64,000 nt of DNA, from NCBI GenBank assembly GCA_963798085.1, contig CAWCRS010000007.1, positions 1 through 64,000 of the forward strand, written 5' to 3'. The position numbers were made by a program, and so were the translations under genes. Below are positions 48,156-58,097 of this stretch, piece after piece. Below the pieces are notes generated by a model that saw only the letters and a list, made by a program, of their open reading frames with translations, did not search any database and was not told the DNA's origin. Origin of the DNA: an uncultured Gemmatimonadales bacterium (GTDB lineage Bacteria > Gemmatimonadota > Gemmatimonadetes > Longimicrobiales > RSA9). Each line of letters starts with the position of its first letter. The stretch's first letter is position 1.

Positions 48156-49805
48156 ATGCGCGAACCGCATCCAGCCGTTCGCTTTCCGCTGAGCGAGACC
48201 GTCGACTTCGTGATCGTCGGGTCGGGCGCTGCGGGCGGCATCATCGCCAAGGAGCTGTCCACCGCGGGCTTTTCCGTCGTCGTACTGGAGCAGGGACCTC
48301 GCCTCACGGAGTCGCAGTTCCAGCACGACGAGCTCGGCTACTTCATCCTGTCCCAGGTGGGCTAACAGCCCGGACAAGCAGCCGCAGACGTTCCGCGCAT
48401 CACCGACCGACAAGGCCCAGCCCGCGCAGGGCGTCATATACGGCCGCATGGTGGGCGGCAGCAATGCGCACTTCACTGCGAACTTCTGGCGCATGCGGCC
48501 CGATCGACTTCCATGAGGCGAGCACATTGGGCGGCGTGCCGGGCACCGGGCTCGTGGACTGGCCCATCACCTATGAGGAACTGGAGCCTTACTACACGAA
48601 GGCGGAATGGGAGCTCGGTGTGTCCGGTGTGCCCGGACCGTTCGATCCGCCACGCTCGAAGGGCTATCCCATGCCGCCACTGCCCGTGAAATCATCCGGC
48701 GTGATCTTCGAACGCGGCGGCCAGAAAGCTGGGCTACCATCCGCAGCCCACGCCCATGGCCATCAACTCCGTCGAGTACAACGGGCGGCCCGCCTGCCAG
48801 CATTGCGGCTGGTGTCTCGGCTTCATGTGCGAGTACCGCGCCAAGTCCACATCGATGGCGGCCATGCTGCCGCTCGCCGAGGCCACCGGCCGCTGCGAGA
48901 TCCGGCCGGACAGCTATGTTCGCACGATCGAAACCGACGAGTCGGGTCGCGCCACTGGCGCGATCTATTTCGATGCCGACCGGCACGAGCAGCGGCAGCC
49001 GCGAAGGCCGTCGTGCTCTGCGCCAACGGCGCTGAAACGCCGCGCCTGCTGCTCAATTCCGCTTCCGGCCCGTTCGCGCACGGCTGGCCAATTCCAGCGG
49101 CATGGTCGGCAAGTACTTCATGTTCAACGGCAACTTCGTGCGTTCGGTGTGTTCGAGCACCCGCTCAACGAGTACAAGGCGTGCAGACGACGCGTATGAT
49201 TCTCGATTTCTACGAGACCGATCCGCATCGCGGCTTCTATGGCGGCGGCGGCATCGATGCGCGGTTCAGCAATACCCCATCATCTTCGCCATGGGCGGAT
49301 TGCCGCCGGACGCGCCGCACATGGGGCGCGCCGTACAAGAGCATGCTCGGCGACAACTACAACGCACACGTTCTTCGCCACGCACTCCACATCACTGCCG
49401 CTCGAGTCCAACAGCATCACGCTGGACCCGACGCTGAAGGATGCCTGGGGCCTGCCCGCGCTGCGCGTGACGTACCGCGACCACGAGGACGATCTCAGAC
49501 GCACAGTTCCTGTGGATCGCGCGATGGAAATCCTCGAAGCCGCGGGCGCGAGCGGCATTGGCCCGCGCCCGTCACGCCGCAGACACAGGCCGTGCATCTG
49601 CTCGGCACCTGCCGCATGGGGAACGACCCGCGCACATCGGTCGTGGACCGGTACCACCGCACGCACGACGTGCCGCAATCTCTTCATCTGCGACGGGAGC
49701 AGCATGGTCACCTCGACCCGCGGCCAGCCCACCGAGACCATCTCGGCACTCGCGTTCCGCGCCGGCGACAACATCGCTGAGTTTGCGAAGCGGGGCGAAA
49801 TCTGA
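48156..49805 (+). CDS. GMC-family oxidoreductase (many frameshifts)
   Basis: IVGSGAAGG, DWPITYEELEPYY, CQHCGWC..C and HLLGTCRMG. Confidence 0.88.
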
Positions 49806-49819
49806 TGGGACTGACCAAC

Positions 49820-49919
49820 CGCGTTGCCGGGGCTGGGGCTCGGGCTGGGGCTGGGAAAACGGACAACGGAGCAACGGCGTTGCTGGCGCTGGCTGCCCGG
49901 GCGGGTTGCCGGGGAACGA
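49820..49919 (-). repeat. Two copies of the dispersed intergenic repeat
   Basis: cgcgttgccggggctggggctcgggctggggctgggaaaacgg and aacggcgttgctggcgctggctg...ggggaacg. Confidence 0.7.
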
Positions 49920-50007
49920 CTTCACGTTCCCGAACCTCGCCGTTTCTCCGGTGCCCCTGTGTGATTCTGTTGCCTGGAACCCCGACAATGCGGACGCGGG
50001 AGCCGAA

Positions 50008-51477
50008 GTGCTAACAAGCAGTCAGGAGACCGCTCCGAATTTCATTGGCGGCCAGTGGGTTCTCTCCTCGGCCTCGGAATCCCTGGAGGTGTCGGACCCG
50101 GCCACGGGCGAGAGCCTCGGGCGGACGCCGCTTTCCTCCGCAACTGATGTGGACCGGGCGGTAGCGGCGGCACGCGCGGCGTTCCCGGCGTGGCGGGCGA
50201 CGCCGGTGGTGGAGCGCGTCCGCATTCTGTTCCGGCTGAAGGCGCTGCTCGACCGGGCGCGTGACGAACTGGCGATCACGCTCACCCGCGAGCACGGCAA
50301 GATACTGAGCGAATCGAAGGGCGAGATCCAGCGCGGCATCGAGAACGTCGAGCACGCCTGCGCCATGCCCGTGCTCATGCTGGGCGAAACACTCGAGGAC
50401 ATCGCACCCGGCATCGACTGCGAATCCGTACGCCAGCCTCTGGGCGTGTTCGCCGCGATAACACCGTACAATTTTCCGGTCATGATCCCGCTCTGGTTCT
50501 GGCCGTACGCCGTGGCCAGCGGCAACACCTTCATCCTCAAGCCCAGCGAGCAGGATCCCTTCACGCACCAGGGCATTGTCGATCTCGCAACCGAAGCCGG
50601 ACTGCCGCCGGGCGTGCTGAATGTGGTCCACGGCGCGCATGACGCGGTCAATGCGCTGCTCGATCATCCCGGCATCAACGGCATCTCCTTCGTAGGCGCG
50701 AGTCGCACGGCAAGGATGGTGTATGCGCGCGCGGCGGCCAGCGGCAAGCGCGTGCAGGCGCTGGGTGGCGCCAAGAACCACATGATCGTGCTGCCCGATG
50801 CCGACCTGGATCGCAGCACGGACGCCATGCTCAGCTCGGTGTTCGGATCAGCCGGCCAGCGCTGTCTTGCCGGCAGCGTCATTGTCGGTGTGGGCGACGC
50901 GTGGGAAGGCGTGCGCGAGCGCTTCCTCGATGGCGCGGCCGCGCTCCGCCTGGGCGGCGGTCTCGATGATGGTGTGGACATGGGCCCGCTCGTGTCCGCG
51001 CGTCACCGCGAGCGCGTGCTGGACTACGTGCAGGAAGGCGAGACCGAAGGCGCACACATGCTGCTCGATGGCCGCGCCGCGCGTGTCGACCGCTATCCCG
51101 CCGGTCATTTCCTCGGCCCGACCGTGTTCGAGAGCGTCGAGCCACGCATGCGGATCGGCAGTGAGGAGATCTTCGGACCGGTCGCCGCGCTCAGCCGCGT
51201 GCGCTCGCTCGACAATGCCATCCGCCTCATGCACGAAGTCGAGTACGGCAACGCCGCGTCCATCTTCACCCGCAGCGGCGAGGCGGCGCGCGAGTTCCGC
51301 CACCGCGCCGGCATCAGCATGATCGGCGTGAATGTGGGCGTGGCCGCGCCCATGGCCGTCTTTCCGTTCGGCGGCTCGCGCGCATCGTTCTTCGGCGACC
51401 TGAAGGCGCAGGGCAGCGATGCGGTCGCGTTCTACACGGATCGGCGCGTGGTGATTTCGAGATGGGGAACGGCTTGA
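50008..51477 (+). CDS. mmsA: CoA-acylating (methyl)malonate-semialdehyde dehydrogenase
   Basis: ITPYNFP, GNTFILKPSE, KRVQALGGAKNH, AGQRCLA, EEIFGPV and GVNVGVAAP. Confidence 0.9.
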   Translation: MLTSSQETAPNFIGGQWVLSSASESLEVSDPATGESLGRTPLSSATDVDRAVAAARAAFPAWRATPVVERVRILFRLKALLDRARDELAITLTREHGKILSESKGEIQRGIENVEHACAMPVLMLGETLEDIAPGIDCESVRQPLGVFAAITPYNFPVMIPLWFWPYAVASGNTFILKPSEQDPFTHQGIVDLATEAGLPPGVLNVVHGAHDAVNALLDHPGINGISFVGASRTARMVYARAAASGKRVQALGGAKNHMIVLPDADLDRSTDAMLSSVFGSAGQRCLAGSVIVGVGDAWEGVRERFLDGAAALRLGGGLDDGVDMGPLVSARHRERVLDYVQEGETEGAHMLLDGRAARVDRYPAGHFLGPTVFESVEPRMRIGSEEIFGPVAALSRVRSLDNAIRLMHEVEYGNAASIFTRSGEAAREFRHRAGISMIGVNVGVAAPMAVFPFGGSRASFFGDLKAQGSDAVAFYTDRRVVISRWGTA

Positions 51478-51482
51478 CGACA

Positions 51483-51509
51483 CGTTGCTGGGGCTGGGGC
51501 TGGGAAACG
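51483..51509 (-). repeat. Short copy of the dispersed repeat
   Basis: cgttgctggggctggggctgggaaacg. Confidence 0.6.
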
Positions 51510-51631
51510 ACGTCGCACGTCGCGTAAGGCGCGCTGTCTTAACATGATGTTAGAGCGCGTTGCGTGATGGCGCAGTGCACAATGCGACCGACGAACAACC
51601 CGGATTCGCAAAATCGAAAGCAGGTGATGAC

Positions 51632-52981
51632 ATGGCGACGACGACAGTACCGGTGAGCACGGCGCAGCAGGGAACGACGGCATCGCTGGGGCAGGCGGTG
51701 AAGGCGGGCAACAGACAATTCCTGTTCCCCTGCGAGACGCGGCTCTACGAAGATCCGCTCGTACTGGTGCGGGGCAGCGGCGCATGGGTCACGGACGCCG
51801 AGGGACGCGAGTACCTCGACCTGTTCAGCGGCATCCTCACCACGTCGGTGGGGCACTGCAACCCCGAAGTGGTCGAGCGTGTGTCGCAGCAGCTGGAAAC
51901 ACTGGGCCACACGTCCACGCTCTACCTCTCGGAAAATGAAGTGGAGGCGGCGCGCGCGCTGGCCGCGATCGCGCCCGGCAGGCTGAACCGCACCTTCTTC
52001 ACCAACAGCGGTACCGAAGCCATCGAGACTGCGGTGATGCTGGCGTGCGTGTACACGGGCCGGAGCGACATCATCGCGCTGCGCTACAGCTACTCCGGGC
52101 GCAGTGCGCTGGCCACCAATCTCACGGCGCAGGGCGGCTGGCGCCCGCTTACTTCCTCGCTCTTTGCGGTGAAGCACACGCTCTCACCGTACGCGTATCG
52201 CTGCCCCTTCAGGCAGCCCTGCGATGAAACCTGCACCGACGCCTTCGTGCGCGATCTCGAGGAAGTCATTCTGACGACAACCAGCGGCAAGCCCGCCGCC
52301 TTCCTGGCGGAGACGATACAGGGCGTGGCGGGCTACGTCGTGCCGCCGCCCGGCTACTTCCAGCGTGTGGCCGAGATCATCCATCGCCATGGCGGCCTGC
52401 TCATCATCGACGAAGTGCAGACCGGGTTCGGCCGCACCGGCGACCACTGGTTCGGCATCGAGCACTGGGGTGTCGAGCCCGACATCATGGTGATGGCCAA
52501 GGGCATCGCCAACGGTTTCCCGGTGGGCGCCACCATGACGCGTGACGAAATCGCGCAATCCTGGACGGCCAAGACCATTTCCACGTTCGGCGGCAATCCC
52601 GTGTCCATGGCGGCTACGCTCGCCACGCAGGAAATCATGGTGCGCGAGAATGTGCCGGCGCGCGCCGCCGAGCGCGGCCGTCAGCTGCGTGCGGGCCTCG
52701 AGGCCCTGCAGCAGCGGCACGCGTGGATCGGCGATGTGCGCGGCATGGGACTGATGCAGGCGCTCGAGCTGGTCGAGGATCGGCGCACGAAGACACCCAG
52801 CGGCGCACGCGCGAAGCGCCTGCTCGAAGCGGCCCGCGCCGAGGGCACCCTCATCGGCATCGGCGGCCTGCACGGCCATGTCCTGCGCATCGGCCCATCA
52901 CTGCTCATCACGGAAGCCGAGATGGCGGAGGGCCTCGCCCGCCTGGAACGCGCCTGCCGCCGCGTGGAAAGCGCTGCCTAG
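51632..52981 (+). CDS. Class III PLP aminotransferase (AGXT2/beta-alanine transaminase-like)
   Basis: FTNSGTEA, DEVQTGFGRTG, PDIMVMAKGIANG and TFGGNP. Confidence 0.93.
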   Translation: MATTTVPVSTAQQGTTASLGQAVKAGNRQFLFPCETRLYEDPLVLVRGSGAWVTDAEGREYLDLFSGILTTSVGHCNPEVVERVSQQLETLGHTSTLYLSENEVEAARALAAIAPGRLNRTFFTNSGTEAIETAVMLACVYTGRSDIIALRYSYSGRSALATNLTAQGGWRPLTSSLFAVKHTLSPYAYRCPFRQPCDETCTDAFVRDLEEVILTTTSGKPAAFLAETIQGVAGYVVPPPGYFQRVAEIIHRHGGLLIIDEVQTGFGRTGDHWFGIEHWGVEPDIMVMAKGIANGFPVGATMTRDEIAQSWTAKTISTFGGNPVSMAATLATQEIMVRENVPARAAERGRQLRAGLEALQQRHAWIGDVRGMGLMQALELVEDRRTKTPSGARAKRLLEAARAEGTLIGIGGLHGHVLRIGPSLLITEAEMAEGLARLERACRRVESAA

Positions 52982-53241
52982 GCCGACGTGATGCGGAGCG
53001 GCGAGCCGCCACCGCGCCGCTCCGCATCGGCAGTCCGTCCGAAGCGATTCAATGGCGCACTGCCGAGCCGGGTCGACGGCCGCCGCCCGCCGCGCCGCCA
53101 GCGGACGCGGCGTCCCGCAAGTGACCGTCATTCGCGCGCACAGGGCCGTTTCGTGCGTAAATCCGTGCCGGCCGATCCTGCCATTCTGCTGCCCCGAGTG
53201 GCTGCCGATGTTGGCGCGCACACCCACTCCATGGAGGCACC

Positions 53242-53619
53242 ATGAGTCGATCGATCAACAAAGTGATTCTGCTGGGCAACGCGGGGCGCGATCCGGACGT
53301 CCAGACCACGGGCGGCGGCACCAAGGTGGCGCATCTGTCGCTCGCGACCAGCCGGCGCGTGCCGCGCAACGGCGGCTACGAAGAGCGCACGGAATGGCAT
53401 CGCCTGACCCTCTGGGACAAGCTGGCCCAGCTGGCGGAGGAATACGTGCGCAAGGGAGACCGGCTCTACGTCGAGGGTCGCGTCGAGTACGGGTCCTTCG
53501 AGAAGAACGGGGTCACGGTGCCCACCGCGGAGGTGCGCGTCTACGAGCTGGTCATGCTCGGACAGCCGGGCGGTCGCGCCAGCGAAGAGACGGAGGCGGA
53601 GGAGGAAGCCTTCGCCTGA
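53242..53619 (+). CDS. ssb: Single-stranded DNA-binding protein (short form)
   Basis: INKVILLGN.GRDP, TEWHR and KGDRLYVEGR. Confidence 0.93.
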   Translation: MSRSINKVILLGNAGRDPDVQTTGGGTKVAHLSLATSRRVPRNGGYEERTEWHRLTLWDKLAQLAEEYVRKGDRLYVEGRVEYGSFEKNGVTVPTAEVRVYELVMLGQPGGRASEETEAEEEAFA

Positions 53620-53765
53620 CAGCGTGTTGGGCCGCGGTGGCTGTCCGCCGCCGCGGCCTGCTGTGCCCGGACGGTGCGCGCATCGCGTGCAGCCGGCTGT
53701 GCGCGAACTCACCCGGCCCGGCGCCAGCCGGACGGTGAACGACATCGTCGCCTTCTAACTGGTCG

Positions 53766-55913
53766 TTACAGGGCGGACCAGAGGCGGTGGTCCAGCGAGA
53801 GCAGCAGCTGCCACTCGCCGCCCCTGCCCAGCCCGCGCACCAGGTCGAGGCGCAGCAGGTTGTACAGCAGGCCGGCGCCCATGCCCAGACTCGTGCTCAC
53901 ACCCGGTGTGGTGCGGGTGCCCCAGGACAGCGGCACCCGCGTGGCCCGGCCCGCGCGCCCGCTGTCGTCGAGCACACCGGTCCAGCCCGCGGCTCCCAGC
54001 AGCCGCAGGCTGACAAAGGGCGCGACCAGATCACGCGTTGCTTCCACGTTGAGCAGACCGGCCGCATCGCCGGAAAAACTGCGATATGGATAACCGGGCA
54101 GTGTATTGCGCCCGCCGAGCAGGAAGAGCTGCTGCGGCGCGGGCGAGCCGAAGACCGCGCCCGCCGAGAGCGTGGCGCGTACGGAAGTGTGCCGGTCGAA
54201 GGCGCTGTGCAGCGCCTCCAGCTCGACCACCGGGCGGCCGAAACCCGCGCCCGCGAAAGCGCCCGCTTCCAGCGAAGCGCTGCCACCGAGCGACCAGCCG
54301 TCCGTCTCCTGCACGATGCGCTGCACGCCGAGTGTCGCGGAAAGCAGGGTGCCACGGTCGGCGATGCGCACTGGCCGGAACGGATCGCCCCCTAACACAG
54401 GTTTCGCCAGCTCCAGGCGCGCGCTCTCCTGGCGTTCCGCGGTCAGCTGCGCGCTCAGCTGCCAGGTCTCGCCCTGATCGCGTTCCATGCGCACCCGGCC
54501 GCCGCTCGCGAAGAAGGGGTCGAGAAAATCGTCGCCCCAGAGTGACGTGACGGTATTGAGCGCGCCCGGCATGCCGGGCCGCAGACCAATGTCGCGCGGC
54601 GCATGTGCCCAGGCGTCCGCGCGCACGCGCACATGTTCGCCGACTTCGCGACGCACCCCGAGTGCAAGCTCCGGATGCTCCGTGCCGAAGGCGAAGCCGC
54701 CCAGCAGCTCGAGGCGCAGCGCAGGACGAGGCGTAAACGACGTTCCCCAGCCCAGATACACTCCCTCGCCGCGGTTGTAGCGCAGCGCAGCGGATGCATT
54801 GGGCAGATTCAGCCGCAGACTGGGCAGGCCGCTCAGTGCGTGATCGCGCACGAGCTTCTCGGCGCGCGCCCGCAACTCCTGCAGCTCGGGCGGCGGCGCC
54901 AGTCCGGCGTCGTGCAGGTCCTGGTAAATGCCCTCGTCGAACTGGTACGTCCGGCGCTGCGCCTCCGGCACGGTCGTCACGGGATAGCCCCAGAACAGCG
55001 ACTCCGGCAGATCCTCATTGAAGCGGTAGTCCCAGACACGAAAGCGCACCTGGATCACCGAGCTGACCATGAAATCCAGCTCGGGCACCTGACGGCGGAT
55101 CTCCACCGCCTGCTCCCAGGGCAGCCAGTACTGCCCCTGCCACAGGCTGTTGTCCAGCGAAATGTTGATGGCGTCCAGACGACGATCCACGTAGGACGCC
55201 GGCGTGAACGTAAACGTCATGCGTACGATGTCGCCGCTCTCCCGGTCGACATAGAGCGAGCCCACGAACGCCGAGCGGTCCGTCCGTCGGGGTCGCACAT
55301 CGATCTGGTACGTCCTGATCTGCTTCAGCGCGCCTGGTAAACGCAGAGTTAGGGAATCCGCGAGGCGGAAGTCATAGATCGAGTCGGAGCCGGGCGCGGC
55401 CGGGTGCGGCACATCACGAACCTCGTCACCATCACCCATGCGCATCACATCGCCGAACCCATTCTGCACCACCGTCAGGTGATCGAGGTGGTAGTACATG
55501 CGGTTGGGCAGGCTGCTCTCCTTGCGCAGCCCCACGATGCGCTGCTTCAGGCGGTCGGGTTGCGCCCAGTACACCTGCAGCCCCACCTGATCCGTACGCA
55601 CCAGCACCCGATCACTGCCATCGCGCGGATCCAGATAGAAATACACCACGCCTTCCGCACGCGCCTGATAATTGTGAAGCGAAGAATCCGCGAGCGGCCG
55701 GTGCCGACGCTCGCGCGCCAGCTCCATGAGCGAGAGCACGCGCGCGCTGTTCCAGCTGAAGGAGTCCGTCGCCTGCGGCGTGGCAATCAGGGAACGCGCA
55801 CCCACCAGCAGCAGCGCCGCGCATTGCGCGAGGATCGCCAGCGGTCGCCACAGCACATGGCGCGGGCGGGCGTAACGGGAGTCAACCGCGGCTCGCCGGC
55901 GGGTCGGCGCCAT
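53766..55913 (-). CDS. Hypothetical outer-membrane protein
   Basis: Signal-like N-terminus, LRYNRGEG.YLG, LGGRNTLPGY and C-terminal amphipathic strands. Confidence 0.75.
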   Translation of the reverse strand: MAPTRRRAAVDSRYARPRHVLWRPLAILAQCAALLLVGARSLIATPQATDSFSWNSARVLSLMELARERRHRPLADSSLHNYQARAEGVVYFYLDPRDGSDRVLVRTDQVGLQVYWAQPDRLKQRIVGLRKESSLPNRMYYHLDHLTVVQNGFGDVMRMGDGDEVRDVPHPAAPGSDSIYDFRLADSLTLRLPGALKQIRTYQIDVRPRRTDRSAFVGSLYVDRESGDIVRMTFTFTPASYVDRRLDAINISLDNSLWQGQYWLPWEQAVEIRRQVPELDFMVSSVIQVRFRVWDYRFNEDLPESLFWGYPVTTVPEAQRRTYQFDEGIYQDLHDAGLAPPPELQELRARAEKLVRDHALSGLPSLRLNLPNASAALRYNRGEGVYLGWGTSFTPRPALRLELLGGFAFGTEHPELALGVRREVGEHVRVRADAWAHAPRDIGLRPGMPGALNTVTSLWGDDFLDPFFASGGRVRMERDQGETWQLSAQLTAERQESARLELAKPVLGGDPFRPVRIADRGTLLSATLGVQRIVQETDGWSLGGSASLEAGAFAGAGFGRPVVELEALHSAFDRHTSVRATLSAGAVFGSPAPQQLFLLGGRNTLPGYPYRSFSGDAAGLLNVEATRDLVAPFVSLRLLGAAGWTGVLDDSGRAGRATRVPLSWGTRTTPGVSTSLGMGAGLLYNLLRLDLVRGLGRGGEWQLLLSLDHRLWSAL

Positions 55914-56030
55914 CTCGTCCCTTTCGCGGAACAGCGCTGCACGTGCATGCCGTCACTCCGGGTGGACGGCGCGTCGTTAGTTACCGGCGAGGGTGCGCAA
56001 CGTTCCGGCTGCAAATGCGTGCGCGCACGT

Positions 56031-56684
56031 TCAACCACTGGTGCGCTGCATGGCGCGCTCGAGTGCACGCAGCTCGCGCCGCAGCATCGCGGCTTCCTGC
56101 GCCAGCGCCCTGCGCGCATCCGCATCATCATGCGTATCGTCATTGCGCACGAAAGCCAAGCGCTCTGCCAGCTGCTGCGCGGCCGTGCGATTGTGGTTCA
56201 GCGCATCCGCCTGTCCGGGTGAAGCCGCGGAATCGACGACGCTCCGCTGCAGCTGCGTGAGGCGCTGATTCAGGCCCGCCAGCCAGGCATCCATGAGCGT
56301 GTCAACGGCGGCGTTCGACTGCTTCGTGGCAATCTCCGCCAGGTCGACGCGATACTCGAGGTCGGCCACGTTCGCACGCAGTCCGGCAGCAGCTCCACGC
56401 CATTGATCATCCGGGTCCGCCGTCAGCGAATCGATGCGTGCCAGAATCTGCGCGCTGCGATCCTGCAGGCGCGCCAGTTCGATCGTGCTCTGCTGTTGCG
56501 TGGCGCGTCCCTGCAGCGCAGCCAGGCGTCCGTTCACGCTCGCCAGCGCCGCGCGCAGCTGCGTGGCTGTTGCCGCGAGATCCTCCGCATCGACTTCCGT
56601 CCGCTTGATGGTGCGCGAGCCCGTAATCGCCAGGACCGCGAGCGCACTCGTGCCCAGCCCGAAGGCCCATCGTCGACCTGTCAT
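56031..56684 (-). CDS. Hypothetical membrane-anchored coiled-coil protein
   Basis: GGAGG SD, N-terminal hydrophobic segment, heptad-rich body. Confidence 0.65.
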   Translation of the reverse strand: MTGRRWAFGLGTSALAVLAITGSRTIKRTEVDAEDLAATATQLRAALASVNGRLAALQGRATQQQSTIELARLQDRSAQILARIDSLTADPDDQWRGAAAGLRANVADLEYRVDLAEIATKQSNAAVDTLMDAWLAGLNQRLTQLQRSVVDSAASPGQADALNHNRTAAQQLAERLAFVRNDDTHDDADARRALAQEAAMLRRELRALERAMQRTSG

Positions 56685-56848
56685 GAACGAAACCTCCGCT
56701 GCGCGACAATGAGGCGAGTCCGGTCCGTGCACCCCGTCGTGGACCCGAGTCTCGCCAGCCCCCGGGGAAAAGGGGCACTTCCAGGATTGGCAAGACGTGT
56801 GCCCTGTGTGATCCGCGCGCCAACTCCATGCAACATCACAACATGGAC

Positions 56849-56863
56849 TGGCACCATGGTTGC
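56849..56863 (+). promoter_or_regulatory. Sigma54 (-24/-12) promoter
   Basis: TGGCAC-CATGG-TTGC matches the TGGCAC-N5-TTGC consensus; a weaker GG-N10-GC site lies at 56788-56802. Confidence 0.6.
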
Positions 56864-57039
56864 TGTGGAGGAACCGGATGCGCGGCCAGTCGGGCTACCG
56901 GGGGCGTATTGTTGTCGGACCAGCATGGCATTCTTTCCTTACGGCACACCGTCCCATGCACGCGTCCCCAGCCACAATGAGGGAGGTCGTTCCGACAGCG
57001 ATCCGGGTCGCGCGCATGGCTGAACCGGCCGGAAGGAAC

Positions 57040-57128
57040 GAACGCCAAGACGGTCCGATGAAGGGGAGAAGGCGAACGCCAGGACGGTCCGATGAAGGGG
57101 GGAAGGCGAGCGCCTGGACATCCGATGA
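57040..57128 (+). repeat. 34-bp tandem repeat (~2.6 copies)
   Basis: gaacgcca(a/g)gacggtccgatgaagggg(a/g)gaaggc at 57040 and 57074, degenerate copy at 57108. Confidence 0.85.
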
Positions 57129-57149
57129 GTGGCGCAGGGGCTACGATGA

Positions 57150-57188
57150 GAAGAGGGGCGGACCCTGGCGGGACCGCCCCTCTCTTCC
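57150..57188. terminator. Hairpin terminator after the sigma factor gene (possibly bidirectional)
   Basis: AGAGGGGCGG...CCGCCCCTCT stem with pyrimidine tails on both strands. Confidence 0.65.
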
Positions 57189-57208
57189 TGCTGCGTCCTA
57201 ACAGATTG

Positions 57209-58081
57209 TCAGTTGGCGCTCCAGAATGTCTCCAGCGCCTCACCGTCGGGACTCTCGCGCAGTTTTTCGAACGCCCGGTTGCGGATCTGACGGATGCGTT
57301 CGCGGGTCACGCCCAGCAGCGAGCCGATTTCCTCGAGCGTGCGTTCCTCGCCGTCATCCAGACCGTAGTAGAGATAGAGGATCTTGCGCTCGCGCTCGGT
57401 GAGGTACTTCTCGAACATGCGATCCAGGAACTCGCGCTGCGCCTGCGATTCGACCGTTTCCTCGATGTCTTCCGCTTCGGCGCCGGCGAAACGCTCGCCG
57501 AACGATGCGCTGTCCCGGTCGCCGCGGTCGATGGGAGCATCGAGCGACAGCTCGGACGCGGCGACGCGACGCAGCGCGCGCACCGTCTCGACCGGCTCTC
57601 CCATCTCGTTGGCGATTTCCTGATCCGTTGGCGTGCGCCCCAGGATCTGCGTCAGCGCGGTCTCGGTGCGCGAGAGTTTGACCAGATTCGAGTTCTGGTT
57701 CAGAGGGATGCGCACGGAACGCGTCTGCTCGGCGAGCGCCTGGAGCACCGTCTGCCGGATCCACCACACTGCGTACGAAATGAACTTGACGCCCTTGTCC
57801 GGATCGAACTTCTTGACCGCCTTGAGCAGGCCTTCGTTGCCGATGCAGACCAGCTCGGCCAGACCGAGGCCACGCCCCTGGTACTTCTTCACATACGAAA
57901 TGACGAACCGGAGATTGGCGGTCACCAACCGTTCCGCCGCCTCCTTGTCGCCAGTGCGAGCTCGGCGGGCGAGCTCGCGCTCCTCCTCAGCTTCCTCGAT
58001 GAGCGGATACTTCTCCACGTCGAAGAGGTACTGATCGAAGGAGTCCAGAGCGCGGGAATTCACGAACATGGGTGAATCCAC
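57209..58081 (-). CDS. RNA polymerase sigma factor, RpoD/SigA family, lacking region 1.1
   Basis: LVTANLRFVISY.K.Y, GNEGL.KAV.KFD, KFISYAVWWIRQ and TLEEIG..GVTRERIRQI. Alternative ATG start at 58069. Confidence 0.95.
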   Translation of the reverse strand: MDSPMFVNSRALDSFDQYLFDVEKYPLIEEAEEERELARRARTGDKEAAERLVTANLRFVISYVKKYQGRGLGLAELVCIGNEGLLKAVKKFDPDKGVKFISYAVWWIRQTVLQALAEQTRSVRIPLNQNSNLVKLSRTETALTQILGRTPTDQEIANEMGEPVETVRALRRVAASELSLDAPIDRGDRDSASFGERFAGAEAEDIEETVESQAQREFLDRMFEKYLTERERKILYLYYGLDDGEERTLEEIGSLLGVTRERIRQIRNRAFEKLRESPDGEALETFWSAN

Positions 58082-58097
58082 CGTGGGCGTTGGGGTG

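Noticed and set aside
57040..57128. CRISPR array
   Set aside because: Head-to-tail 34-bp repeats with no spacers.
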